A stretch of DNA of 64,000 nt from a virus (taxonomy: Duplodnaviria > Caudoviricetes), in IMG/VR virus record IMGVR_UViG_3300028886_000037, positions 183,924 to 247,923 of that record; one strand, 5' to 3'. The notes beneath the pieces were generated by a model. That model had not been told where the DNA came from. It worked only from the letters and a program-made list of their open reading frames with translations, and made no database searches. How positions within the stretch are numbered: position 1 is the stretch's first letter; each line of letters opens with the position of its first letter. Both the position numbers and the translations under genes were made by a program. This document shows positions 1-8,862 of the stretch, one piece after another.

Positions 1-495
1 GAACTTCTGCTCGCCACGCTCATCGTCTGTGCCTTCGAAAGTCACGACGAAGCTTCCAGGCTCTGGTACGGGCTGCTCTTCAGTATTGGCGAAGTCGACG
101 AGTTCTAGACCATCATATTTCAGAATGAAGAAAAAGTCATTCTCTCCGATTGCAGTTCTACCGTGATGTCCGATCAAGCACTCGTTCTTTTCGAGTTCAG
201 GTGCGAGATAGACCTTGATGACTCCATTGAGAGTTCCCAAGTAGCCATATTCAGAGACTTTATCCGGACGTTCGGCCATGAAGATCGGATCAGCATTGAG
301 AGCAGTTCCTACAGCTTCGCCCACATAGAGACAGTCGCCACAGTAGTTGCACTTTGCTTGACAGTCGTTAGCAGCGTGCAGGATAGTAGCGATGAGGCGT
401 CCAATTCTAGCACGGCTCCACGTCATTCCATCGTTCTATGCTAGAGTGAAGTTTCTCGGTTCTGCATTTTCCTTTAGTTTCTTGATGTCGATCAT
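1..495 (-). pseudogene. gp23 major-capsid A-domain-like protein, interrupted by in-frame TAG at codon 20 (436-438); runs off window
   Basis: Manual translation from ATG 495 (SD AAGGA): MIDIKKLKENAEPRNFTLA*NDGMTW...LIATILHAAND...VGEAVGTAL...YLGTLNGVIKVYLAPELEKNECLIGHHG, resembling gp23 'AGVLNGRYKVYIDPY..Y..VGYKG'. Confidence 0.55.
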
Positions 496-527
496 TTGTG
501 TTCCTTTTTTTTGAATTTCCCTGTCCT

Positions 528-797
528 TTATGCTCGATGGCGGAAGTTGCCTTTCTCATCTTTCACGATCTCGTCGACGAATTCGAACTTCCGTCTGATC
601 TTGATAACTGCATGGTCGTGTGAAAACTTGTGATGAGTCTTGTAAAAAGTCATCATTCTGTAAGCGCTTCTAGGAGACCTGAAGGTTTTAGCTGCAGGAA
701 GAAAGTCTGTCACTGGTACATTTTCTCCGATATACATAGCTTTTCCGGGCTGTTCTGGTCTCTCGAACTTGACTACATAGATGAAATCTTGGATCAT
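528..797 (-). CDS. hypothetical protein (paralog of 935-1210 and 20395-20679)
   Basis: ORF; shared YVVK...YI...T....AK.F pattern. Confidence 0.75.
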   Translation of the reverse strand: MIQDFIYVVKFERPEQPGKAMYIGENVPVTDFLPAAKTFRSPRSAYRMMTFYKTHHKFSHDHAVIKIRRKFEFVDEIVKDEKGNFRHRA

Positions 798-801
798 ATT
801 A

Positions 802-966
802 TTAGGATTTGATCTGTTTTTCCAAGTACCTTATGTACTTTTCAAGTTTCTTGATGTATTGGTCTCTATCGTCGCATGCGTTGTACCAAGCACTAAGAGA
901 CGCCATCTCTTCGATGTCGCCTATGCACTCGTACTCAGGCTTTTCTGGTTTCTTTACACTTCTCAT
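802..966 (-). CDS. small hypothetical protein (54 aa, MRSVKKPEKPEYEC...)
   Basis: Manual translation; fills gap between neighbouring genes. Confidence 0.6.
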   Translation of the reverse strand: MRSVKKPEKPEYECIGDIEEMASLSAWYNACDDRDQYIKKLEKYIRYLEKQIKS

Positions 967-1210
967 TTTCAATAATTCCTGTGATCTCGAAGGTGCGCTT
1001 CACTCGCAGAATTACGAAGTCATGTGCGAACCCGTTGTTGCGAGAGTGATACGATACGGATTGATTAGCGTTCTTCATAGTCTTGAAGAACTTAGCTTCT
1101 GAGAGCTCGGTCGTGTAGTAAGCGTCCTGACTGATATACTGCAAAATATCTTCGCCGTCTTTGCCACACGGCATCTTGCACTGTACTACGAAGTTCTCTA
1201 GTGTGATCAT
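935..1210 (-). CDS. hypothetical protein (paralog family)
   Basis: ORF; similar to 528-797 (AK.FK/R, HD.vIl.v.R.FE). Confidence 0.75.
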   Translation of the reverse strand: MITLENFVVQCKMPCGKDGEDILQYISQDAYYTTELSEAKFFKTMKNANQSVSYHSRNNGFAHDFVILRVKRTFEITGIIENEKCKETRKA

Positions 1211-1863
1211 TATAACCCCAGTTTGCTCTTGAGGTCAGCCAATACTGCTGGATCTTCAATATCGGTGACGTTGTTGATCTCTTTGTCCATGTCGATGATA
1301 TAGTCTTCCTTCTGGAAACGCTTGAGAACGACCTGAGGGCCAAACGTGTCTCGATTGATCTTACGCTGGTAAACTACGCCGTGCATATCGTTCTTGAGGA
1401 GCCACTGTCTCATCTGCTCGTCTTGAGGGTTCGATACGATGTCGACTAAGAGACTCTTCGTTGTCGGATTGATGTGAAGATGATGGATCTTGTCAGAGTT
1501 CCGGTCGATAGAAATTCTAGAGTACACTCTCATCATGCCGATGAAAGAATCTTCGCCTAGGACGAACTCCATGCTGCTCGATGGTTGAGCTATCCAGCCG
1601 CCGTCGTCGTTCGAGTGGACCTCTTCCTCACGCACTGCGACAGACAGCATGATTCCGCCGTCCCTGACGTTGGGTGTGTGCCATTGGAGAATGCTCGGAA
1701 TGTACCACTGCTTGAGTTTCTCATATTCCATGAGTTTCGGTATGAAGTATAGATCGATTCCTTCATTAGCTGTCGCCCATTCCTTGCGCTCCCAGTCATT
1801 CGCTTCATCCATAGACACTTTTCTGAAGCGCATAATCGGTTCGGCATTAGTTTCTTCGCTCAT
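1210..1863 (-). CDS. degenerate prohead protease (gp21)-like protein, catalytic His/Ser apparently lost
   Basis: FVLGEDSF..YSRISIDRNSDKIHHLHIN..LLVDIVSNP..HGVVYQR aligns by eye with this genome's gp21 ECLGELEH..YAKVNSKEAAIKICSLRMD..AKVLEYMP..MGVSSR. Confidence 0.55.
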   Translation of the reverse strand: MSEETNAEPIMRFRKVSMDEANDWERKEWATANEGIDLYFIPKLMEYEKLKQWYIPSILQWHTPNVRDGGIMLSVAVREEEVHSNDDGGWIAQPSSSMEFVLGEDSFIGMMRVYSRISIDRNSDKIHHLHINPTTKSLLVDIVSNPQDEQMRQWLLKNDMHGVVYQRKINRDTFGPQVVLKRFQKEDYIIDMDKEINNVTDIEDPAVLADLKSKLGL

Positions 1864-1884
1864 AAGTTCCTCTTGTTTTTGTAC

Positions 1885-1925
1885 AATCTAGAAAAAAGCG
1901 GTGCAAAACTAAATAGCCTTGCACC
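1885..1925 (-). promoter_or_regulatory. early promoter (TTTAGT-17-TAGATT) overlapping a terminator hairpin
   Basis: -10 at 1885-1890, -35 at 1908-1913, stem GGTGCAA/TTGCACC. Confidence 0.55.
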
Positions 1926-1950
1926 ACATTTTCTTTGATTTTACGTATTT

Positions 1951-2340
1951 TTAAGCGGGAATGAACGAAATGTGGATGTCTGTGATCTGATTGTCATCTT
2001 GTCTCTTGACTTTTATGGAGTCGACCGAGACTAGATTGATTCCTAGCTGATTGACGATGAATTCGCCGAGCTTGTTCGCTGCAGGATCTTCTTTCATATC
2101 TTGCATGAGATTGTTCTGCTTTTTCATGTACTTGTCCACGTCGAAGGGGAGTTCGACATGCAGCGAGTAGCCGTTGTTGATGACGCCATACTTCACCTTG
2201 CAGTCTTCCTTGCATTTCTTCATCGCTTCACGTAGTCTTTCCCAAGACTTCTGAGAGACATCATACTCCAGAACGCCATCGGCATAGTCTAGAAAGTCGT
2301 AGAGTCTCTCTTCGAGATTTGTTAGTTCACGTTTGATCAT
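1951..2340 (-). CDS. hypothetical protein
   Basis: ORF with SD GAGG. Confidence 0.75.
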   Translation of the reverse strand: MIKRELTNLEERLYDFLDYADGVLEYDVSQKSWERLREAMKKCKEDCKVKYGVINNGYSLHVELPFDVDKYMKKQNNLMQDMKEDPAANKLGEFIVNQLGINLVSVDSIKVKRQDDNQITDIHISFIPA

Positions 2341-2355
2341 ACTCTTTCCTCTTCT

Positions 2356-2913
2356 TTAGTCTTCTTTAGGAGCGAACGGGTTCTTGATGACCTTAGCCTT
2401 AGTGCTCTTCAACTGGCCAGGATCGTCGTCCCAGATGTGAAGATGGTCATACTGGAATGTTCCGGAGAAGGATCCAGTCAGCGAGAGTGCGATGCCGAAG
2501 CCCTCGTTAGCCATAGCTGTCAGAAGCTCGATGTTATCTTGCGTAGGAATGACCTTCACTTCTGCGTAGATAGTGCCCTGCCATTCCTCTTTCTCGTCTG
2601 GATTCCTGACGAGCTCGGGTCTGCGAACGAAGAACATCGGCTTGCCGTTCACTTCGAGGATCATCTTGCCAAGGATCCAGTAGCGATGATCTTCAGTCGT
2701 CAGATATTCGGCATCCATGCCCTTGAGAGAGTCAAAAGCAGTTCCACCGCCAAATCCGCCATAGTACATGTAGTTCGATCCGAAGGAAACCTTGATCCAT
2801 AGCTCGTCTGAATTGTTCTGATCTTTTTCACAGACCCAACGCCCTTCGCGAGTCTTAAGTATCTCTTTCAGCATCTTGCTCGTGATTAGCGGTCTGAATA
2901 GATTGTCTAGCAT
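2356..2913 (-). CDS. second degenerate gp21-like protein (weaker similarity)
   Basis: TIYAEVKVIPTQDNIELL..GIALSLTG..DHLHIWD vs gp21 FAIGKAKVLEYMPNGKML..MGVSSRG..FHLITID. Confidence 0.4.
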   Translation of the reverse strand: MLDNLFRPLITSKMLKEILKTREGRWVCEKDQNNSDELWIKVSFGSNYMYYGGFGGGTAFDSLKGMDAEYLTTEDHRYWILGKMILEVNGKPMFFVRRPELVRNPDEKEEWQGTIYAEVKVIPTQDNIELLTAMANEGFGIALSLTGSFSGTFQYDHLHIWDDDPGQLKSTKAKVIKNPFAPKED

Positions 2914-4238
2914 TCTTCATTCTCCATAGGCTTAATTCTATCTACGATAGCTCGTTCAAGTTCGTGAAGCTTCTCGTAGGAACAGATCATTCCCTGCCAT
3001 AGACCTTTTCGTTCGCCATATCCCTTTTCTGATAAGACGGCAAAGTAGGACCCTGGCAGGACTTCATCTCTGTTCTCGAAGTACACGCAGTATTCTTTAT
3101 ATCCGTTCTCGTATCTGATGTAGTGGCAGCTTCCGTTGTCCTCGCGCTTGTACTCGATCCGGTAGTTGTAGAGCAGCTTCTCGATTTTCTCGATTGGCAT
3201 CTTCCAGACGGGAATATCCTCACTCTCTTCTGACTGTTCCTTAACAGGTTCTTTAGGAGCCTCTTCTGGCTGTTCGTTGTTAGCCTCTTTAGGCTTTTCA
3301 TCTTCCAGAATCGAATCGAGCTCAGCGAGATATTTCTCCATGCTCTCTGGATTGAACACGTCGTCTCGGTAGATTACGCAACCGACCTTTACATCTGGAT
3401 CTATGTCGAACTTGCTGATCGTAACGAGGTTGCTCAGATCTTGTTTCAGTTCGAACTTGATTCTGTACTTGTGATTGCCGAGTTCGAATCTTACTGTATA
3501 GGCAGATCCATAGTCTTTAGCCTCAAATGGAAGTCCGTGATCATTCAGCTTTCTCTCAGTGAGTTCAGCTACGCAGTCCCACTCGACCCTGGTAGGTTCT
3601 AGCTTCTTGAAACCTATCTGGTCGTCTTTTCTGACAGCGCCCGCCTTAGCCATCTTAGCTTTCTGACAGCAGACCCCATGAATGCACTCGCCGCATGTCT
3701 CTGTGCTAGGAATGCAGATATCCGGATCGAACACGTACTTGTCTCCGACCTTTTCTGCTACCTGAAAGTATCTCGGATCCTTAGGTTGTTCATCTACTGG
3801 AGACAGATCGCTAAGGTAGCGCTCCTGGAACTCTTCATCAGTCTCTTGATTATCATCAGGCTGTGTCTCTTCGGTCTTACCCACGATGCTGTCGAATCCA
3901 GCTACGCCCATCATGTGTTCCTCGAACTCGATTAGCGTGACCGTGTCAGCGTCAACATATCGGATGAGAATGTAGCCAGGCTTGTTCATCGGATGGAAGA
4001 TGTCGGGAATGAGCTCGAACTGATTACCCTCGATCTGACCCTGCCACAGCATATTGCCAATTGGCTCTAGACGCATGATGAGACTCAGCGCCGTGAGAAT
4101 GTCTGGCGTAGTGATCATCACGAATCTGCGCTTCAGATTAGCAGTGATCTTGATGAATTCGGTGATCTGACGGAACTTGTCGATCGGAAACAAGTCGTCT
4201 GACGGTTGAAAGTGAAATGTGCTCTTTAAGATTTTCAT
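2907..4238 (-). CDS. multidomain hypothetical; N-terminal gp23 A-domain-like segment, CxxC cluster, acidic linkers
   Basis: FVMITTPDILTAL...WQGQIEGNQFELIPDIF...YILIRY resembles gp23 FIICSxDVASAL...AGVLNGRYKVYIDPY...YYVVGY. Confidence 0.45.
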   Translation of the reverse strand: MKILKSTFHFQPSDDLFPIDKFRQITEFIKITANLKRRFVMITTPDILTALSLIMRLEPIGNMLWQGQIEGNQFELIPDIFHPMNKPGYILIRYVDADTVTLIEFEEHMMGVAGFDSIVGKTEETQPDDNQETDEEFQERYLSDLSPVDEQPKDPRYFQVAEKVGDKYVFDPDICIPSTETCGECIHGVCCQKAKMAKAGAVRKDDQIGFKKLEPTRVEWDCVAELTERKLNDHGLPFEAKDYGSAYTVRFELGNHKYRIKFELKQDLSNLVTISKFDIDPDVKVGCVIYRDDVFNPESMEKYLAELDSILEDEKPKEANNEQPEEAPKEPVKEQSEESEDIPVWKMPIEKIEKLLYNYRIEYKREDNGSCHYIRYENGYKEYCVYFENRDEVLPGSYFAVLSEKGYGERKGLWQGMICSYEKLHELERAIVDRIKPMENEEC

Positions 4239-4240
4239 AG

Positions 4241-4540
4241 TTATTCCTCTGTGCTCTCTATCCAGAAGTCAGCGCTTACGAGCGCATCACGCTCGTCTAG
4301 ATGGTAAGTGCGATTCCTGAGCTTGAAGTTGTTCTTTTCAAGAACATTTTTGATCATAGTGTCGATTGGTGCTAGATCTGTGTACTTGTTTGAGGGACGG
4401 ATCTTGATCATGCCCTTCACGATGGGTTCGTAGCATTGATGACGGAATCTCGTCATCTCTCTAGAGTGGCCAGGCGTCTGCTCGGCATCGTCGATGATGT
4501 CAAGCTTACTGCATAGAACTCCGCTTAGCTTAAATTTCAT
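4241..4540 (-). CDS. hypothetical protein
   Basis: ORF in operon. Confidence 0.7.
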   Translation of the reverse strand: MKFKLSGVLCSKLDIIDDAEQTPGHSREMTRFRHQCYEPIVKGMIKIRPSNKYTDLAPIDTMIKNVLEKNNFKLRNRTYHLDERDALVSADFWIESTEE

Positions 4541-4835
4541 AGTTTGGTGTCCTTGAGTTGATCTTGAATTCTTTCGACATAGCGTCGATCTCTCGGTAAG
4601 TGTTTCCGATCAAGACGAACATGCCGTCGTCTGGAAGCTTGTTCTCTTCCCACTGTTTCTGAACACGATAAGCGTTTACGACGGTCATCAGATTCTCTTG
4701 AAGAGTCTTGAACTCCTCTTCCGCATCCTGATGGTAACGGATCTCGATGTTGAACGCTTCGTGATCCGTGTCTTTAGCCTTCGTGATCATCACCACGAGC
4801 TTGTAGTCATCAAGTATCTTTTTTACAATTTCCAT
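4530..4835 (-). CDS. hypothetical protein
   Basis: ORF in operon. Confidence 0.7.
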   Translation of the reverse strand: MEIVKKILDDYKLVVMITKAKDTDHEAFNIEIRYHQDAEEEFKTLQENLMTVVNAYRVQKQWEENKLPDDGMFVLIGNTYREIDAMSKEFKINSRTPNYEI

Positions 4836-5067
4836 GTGTTTTTCCTGTGACTCCGCAGTCGAAGATCATCTGGATCGGTCTTCCTTGCTTTGTCCTGTTC
4901 AGCCACGGCACATCGAGCTTGAAGTGTCTGACACGGCCTTCGATCTCTTTCTGCAAATCCCAGCCGTTCTTGTTTGAACGGAAGCTGAAAGTCTGAATTA
5001 CAGTAGATCCGCCTCCATCAGACGTGTAGAACGTGACCATGTAGACGTGATGTCTATCTCCCTTCAT
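4810..5067 (-). CDS. hypothetical protein
   Basis: ORF in operon. Confidence 0.65.
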   Translation of the reverse strand: MKGDRHHVYMVTFYTSDGGGSTVIQTFSFRSNKNGWDLQKEIEGRVRHFKLDVPWLNRTKQGRPIQMIFDCGVTGKTHGNCKKDT

Positions 5068-5183
5068 TTTTTCTTTACCTCTCTGTCGTATTGCTGATTG
5101 AGACGAAAAAGCATCGTGTCGACTTCCTCGGGCTGGAGTCTAGCCAACCAGTCGACTAAGCTCTTCTTTACGTTCTCTTTCAC
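5064..5183 (-). CDS. small hypothetical protein (39 aa, MKENVKKSLVDWLARL...)
   Basis: Manual translation; GTGA/ATGA overlaps at both ends. Confidence 0.6.
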   Translation of the reverse strand: MKENVKKSLVDWLARLQPEEVDTMLFRLNQQYDREVKKK

Positions 5184-5707
5184 GGTTCGCCCTTTAGGAA
5201 GCTCTTCACCATCTCGTCCTGCGCTTCTCGAACACGATTCACGATCTCTCTCACTTCGTCTTCTGTGTACTCACGCTCGATCTCGTCCAGATCGACTCTG
5301 ACCTGCTGAGAGTTGAAGATAGAGAAGTCGACCTTCTCGAAGTTGTGGTCTACGATGTGATTCGCAGCGTCGAATCCGTCTGGATTCATGTTGACGTCGA
5401 GAACACGTCCCTCGAACTCGATAGTAGTCTCCCAGCAGTATCTTACGCCAGTCACGTACAGGAAGTAGTATCGGTAGATCAGCTCATGCTTGTTCAACGG
5501 AGACAGTCCACGCCAGTACTGCTTGACGCGAATGATCTTGCCCTTGTACTGCTTCAGTGCAGCTTCCTTGCGGTTGTTGCCCTGACTGTTTCTGTACTCG
5601 TCCAGCTCGTTCTGCTTCGCATTGAGCTGCTCTTTGAGCTGATCACGTTCTGCTTTCAGTCTCAGTTCTGTCTCATCGATATGCTTTGAGAATCCCTTAA
5701 TCATCAT
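5180..5707 (-). CDS. hypothetical protein, N-terminal coiled coil
   Basis: ORF, ATGA overlap. Confidence 0.75.
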   Translation of the reverse strand: MMIKGFSKHIDETELRLKAERDQLKEQLNAKQNELDEYRNSQGNNRKEAALKQYKGKIIRVKQYWRGLSPLNKHELIYRYYFLYVTGVRYCWETTIEFEGRVLDVNMNPDGFDAANHIVDHNFEKVDFSIFNSQQVRVDLDEIEREYTEDEVREIVNRVREAQDEMVKSFLKGEP

Positions 5708-6177
5708 TTATCACCTCTCGGCCAGTAGAATAGAAATATAGCTAAATTTGCGATACCCAGGAATAGTGCATAGAGGATGTAGAGCAGGATGTAGACTGTG
5801 ATCTTCAGAATGTACCAGCCGCTCATCCACTGAGCAGCTTCGATGAAGAACCAGCCTCTGTCTGTCGGCTCGTCTGTCCTGTTAGTCACGTTTCCGTGTG
5901 TCTCGTACTTCAGATCGCATGCGCCGAGTCCGTAGAAGAACAGCATCAGAACTGCGTTTCCTATCAGCACTGATCCAAGGAGAGCAGGAGCGAAGCCCAT
6001 GATGACTCCAGGAAGAGAGTACCCCAATGAGACGATAGCTGCGAACAGAACCCAAGCGAACGCAGTAGATCTCCGAAAGAAGTCCTTTCCAGCGTACTCT
6101 AGCGGAGTTTCGATTCGGTAGTATTGCTTCACGGCAGACTCCAAGTTAGTGCGACTTGCCTGTCGATTACGTGACAT
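5704..6177 (-). CDS. membrane protein (3-4 TM)
   Basis: Hydrophobic segments. Confidence 0.75.
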   Translation of the reverse strand: MSRNRQASRTNLESAVKQYYRIETPLEYAGKDFFRRSTAFAWVLFAAIVSLGYSLPGVIMGFAPALLGSVLIGNAVLMLFFYGLGACDLKYETHGNVTNRTDEPTDRGWFFIEAAQWMSGWYILKITVYILLYILYALFLGIANLAIFLFYWPRGDK

Positions 6178-6716
6178 GTCTCTCTGACGGTCATTTCATT
6201 GTCGCCAGCCAACAGAGCGATGGGACACTTGATTGGCACTTCTGGACGTATAGCACGGATAGCGAAGATGGTCGATACGATCTGCTCTTCGATCTTAGTT
6301 CCAGCGATCACGATGTCAGAGTAAGTCATGATGTTGTTAGCCCAGTCGTGCCAGGTCTGACCATAAGCTTCGACAGTGCGGAACTTGCAGCTCTTCTCGT
6401 TCTTCTGCTGGAGCACCGGAAGCAGATCGGGAACGATCTGCCATCCCTCGGACCACTTGATGCAGTGTTCAGCGAAGCCCGTGTAGATGTACTCGCGCAT
6501 CTGATCCCACGGCTTGACGTCTGGAATGCAAGCTAGACCGTCTTTTATCTGATCTTCGGTTAGGCGTGTCTCTTTTACGACAATTATGTCACCGTCCCAA
6601 TTTTGCACATAATCGGCGATTCTAGGGAGAACTGGCGTCATCCGGGTATTCCCAAAGGGAAGGCGGAAAAAGTCGTTCTGCACGCCCGTAAGGACCAATA
6701 AACGGTTAGGCTGCAT
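6129..6716 (-). CDS. isochorismatase/nicotinamidase-family protein, degenerate catalytic triad
   Basis: LLVLTGVQNDF and HCIKWSEGWQIVPDL motifs; catalytic Asp and Cys positions substituted. Confidence 0.7.
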   Translation of the reverse strand: MQPNRLLVLTGVQNDFFRLPFGNTRMTPVLPRIADYVQNWDGDIIVVKETRLTEDQIKDGLACIPDVKPWDQMREYIYTGFAEHCIKWSEGWQIVPDLLPVLQQKNEKSCKFRTVEAYGQTWHDWANNIMTYSDIVIAGTKIEEQIVSTIFAIRAIRPEVPIKCPIALLAGDNEMTVRETCHVIDRQVALTWSLP

Positions 6717-7095
6717 CCTCTCCCTCCGTTTCGAGTTTCTTTAGGATCGTTTTTGCCTGTTTAGCGAGCTTCTCGCCCATAGCAGCAGAGTATTTGTCCA
6801 TGATTTCGAGAAGCGCTAGCTTCACTTCCTTCTTGAACTGCTGGTCGTCCTTCATGATGAAGCTAGTAGCGCTCTTCTTTTCTTTCCACCACAGAATGTC
6901 AGTCATGGTGAAGTCGAAGATGCCTATATTGCTATCGGCACTCGGATTGAGCTTCTTGTTGCCGAGCTTCTGACGAACTTCGAACGGCAGATTCTCGGTC
7001 AGATATTCTGCGAGCTTCAAGAACTCCTGCCAGCGGCGTTCGTTCTCTTTCTCGCTATATGTGAAAAATTCGATCAATGCGTCAAAGAATTTCAT
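6706..7095 (-). CDS. hypothetical protein
   Basis: ORF with SD GGAG. Confidence 0.7.
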   Translation of the reverse strand: MKFFDALIEFFTYSEKENERRWQEFLKLAEYLTENLPFEVRQKLGNKKLNPSADSNIGIFDFTMTDILWWKEKKSATSFIMKDDQQFKKEVKLALLEIMDKYSAAMGEKLAKQAKTILKKLETEGEDAA

Positions 7096-7117
7096 TGTTT
7101 CTCCTTAGAATTTCTCA

Positions 7118-7510
7118 TTAGTCGTGAGGTCTGTCTCCGTGTGCGAACTGATCAAGATACTTGATCAACTTCTCGTCTCCGATGTAGTCTGATTCTGGAA
7201 TGCAGCCGAGGAAGTTGACTAAGAGCTGACCGAAACGCCAGTCTGGGAAGTAGTCCTTGTGAAGATCTCGGAACTTGTCGTAAGTGGAAGAGTCGAACTT
7301 AACCTTTCCGTCCCACTCTGGCTGTGTGCGTTTAGTAGCCCACTTTTCGACATCTTTGAGATACTCATCTTCTTCAGGGAAGAAAGGATCTCGATTATAG
7401 TCCTTCAAGAAGCCATATATGAACTGTTCGAACGTGAGATCGGGACAGTAAGTCGATTGGATCTTCTGGAGTTCAGCGTAGAATTTGTAGAGTCGGTTTG
7501 GATCACGCAT
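7118..7510 (-). CDS. YihD/DUF1040-like protein with internal duplication (PDLTFEQF / PDWRFGQL)
   Basis: MRDPNR...PDWRFGQL motif; start corrected to 7510. Confidence 0.6.
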   Translation of the reverse strand: MRDPNRLYKFYAELQKIQSTYCPDLTFEQFIYGFLKDYNRDPFFPEEDEYLKDVEKWATKRTQPEWDGKVKFDSSTYDKFRDLHKDYFPDWRFGQLLVNFLGCIPESDYIGDEKLIKYLDQFAHGDRPHD

Positions 7511-8054
7511 TGTAAGTCTCCGTTGCGGGCTTCTTTCCCTTCTTGATGATTGCAGTGTTCGGCTTCTTTGCCTGTTCGTAGTGAACGAGAGTCTTGTCTT
7601 CCTCGCCAGCGAGCCAGTCACCCCAGTATTCCTGAACTCGGTTGCCAGTGTCGAGCGCATATTCGATAGCTAGAATGAGCTTCTTCTTTACGTTCTTCCA
7701 GTCGGCGAGGCAGTAGTCCATGTTGTATGCGAAGCACGCGAGATCGTCTGGATTGCACTTGATTCCATCTTCTGTGATCCGGATATTAGGAATCTTACAA
7801 ATTCGAGTGAGATAGGGCAGAAACTTTCCGTTGACCGGTGCGTACTTGAACTGTATGAACCAGTCCTTGTTTGCGAAGCTGTCGAGATAGAAGCTCTTGC
7901 GCTTCATCTTGTGGCGCTTCGCTTGTTCTTCAGGATCGTCGGTGGGTACGACAGCTTCGACCTGATACTTCAGGCGATACTCCTTGATGATGTCACAGGT
8001 TTCTCGGTAGATTTCAGCTCCGCTGATAGAGCGGAAGTTATCAAAGATTGACAT
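7503..8054 (-). CDS. hypothetical protein
   Basis: ORF directly after promoter, SD AAGGA. Confidence 0.8.
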   Translation of the reverse strand: MSIFDNFRSISGAEIYRETCDIIKEYRLKYQVEAVVPTDDPEEQAKRHKMKRKSFYLDSFANKDWFIQFKYAPVNGKFLPYLTRICKIPNIRITEDGIKCNPDDLACFAYNMDYCLADWKNVKKKLILAIEYALDTGNRVQEYWGDWLAGEEDKTLVHYEQAKKPNTAIIKKGKKPATETYNA

Positions 8055-8088
8055 AGTTAGTCCTTCAGCTTAAATTGTTGATAGTGCA

Positions 8089-8129
8089 AATATAAGAAAA
8101 TCTGAGAGGATAGTAAACCTCCCAGATTT
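8089..8129 (-). promoter_or_regulatory. early promoter TTTACT-17-TATATT with -35 in loop of a terminator hairpin
   Basis: -10 8089-8094, -35 8112-8117; stem 8098-8109/8118-8129. Confidence 0.75.
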
Positions 8130-8147
8130 GTAAAGAATTAGTTACGT

Positions 8148-8453
8148 TTAGTTGGGAATCTCTTTTCTCGGATGATCGATGTTCGTGATGTCCAGGTCAA
8201 GGATTCCGTCCTCTGTGATAGCGAAGAGATCAGTCTTGAGATGATCGAAGTCGTCGATCGCGAATCCTACGTGAGTTGCGAGTCTCGGACTTCCATCTGG
8301 GTATTGGCCGAAAGTCAACGGCTTCGGAAGCTTGATGAGCATTGGACCGTCTGGATCCATCTTCTGCATCTTGAGCATCATCCAGACTTCGTTCCATGAC
8401 AGAACTGTGCCTGGCGGAAGAGGTTTCTCTTTCGGTTTCTTTCTCTTAGCCAT
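8148..8453 (-). CDS. hypothetical protein
   Basis: ORF. Confidence 0.7.
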   Translation of the reverse strand: MAKRKKPKEKPLPPGTVLSWNEVWMMLKMQKMDPDGPMLIKLPKPLTFGQYPDGSPRLATHVGFAIDDFDHLKTDLFAITEDGILDLDITNIDHPRKEIPN

Positions 8454-8851
8454 CAGATCTCCGTTTCGATCTTCTTCTGTGCAGCGTCCTTGATCTCGTT
8501 GATCACAGACTCGAACTCTTTGTTCTTCGCCTGATAGTTGAGGTCGTTCAGATGACGCTTTTCGAAGTCAGAGTAGGTCCAGCAGTACACGACAGGCTGA
8601 TTGTAAGCGACCGTCTTCACTTTTCTGACGCCGACCGAGCTAGTACCGATTGAAGCTTCTGCGAGCTTGTCGATCAAGTACTTGCGATATTCACGAATGA
8701 TCAGATCGAGAAACTGACTGAACTGACCGTAATCGTACTTTGAGCTTACGAGCTGCTGACATGCAGTGTTGAGCAATGTGTGCCATTGCTCGTTGAGAGC
8801 ATCAGCTTCTTTTCTGACCTTAGACTTGAAGAGGTCTTTGAAAAAACCCAT
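8453..8851 (-). CDS. hypothetical protein (start MGFFKDLF)
   Basis: SD GGAGG before ATG 8851. Confidence 0.75.
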   Translation of the reverse strand: MGFFKDLFKSKVRKEADALNEQWHTLLNTACQQLVSSKYDYGQFSQFLDLIIREYRKYLIDKLAEASIGTSSVGVRKVKTVAYNQPVVYCWTYSDFEKRHLNDLNYQAKNKEFESVINEIKDAAQKKIETEI

Positions 8852-8862
8852 AGTTGTCCTCC

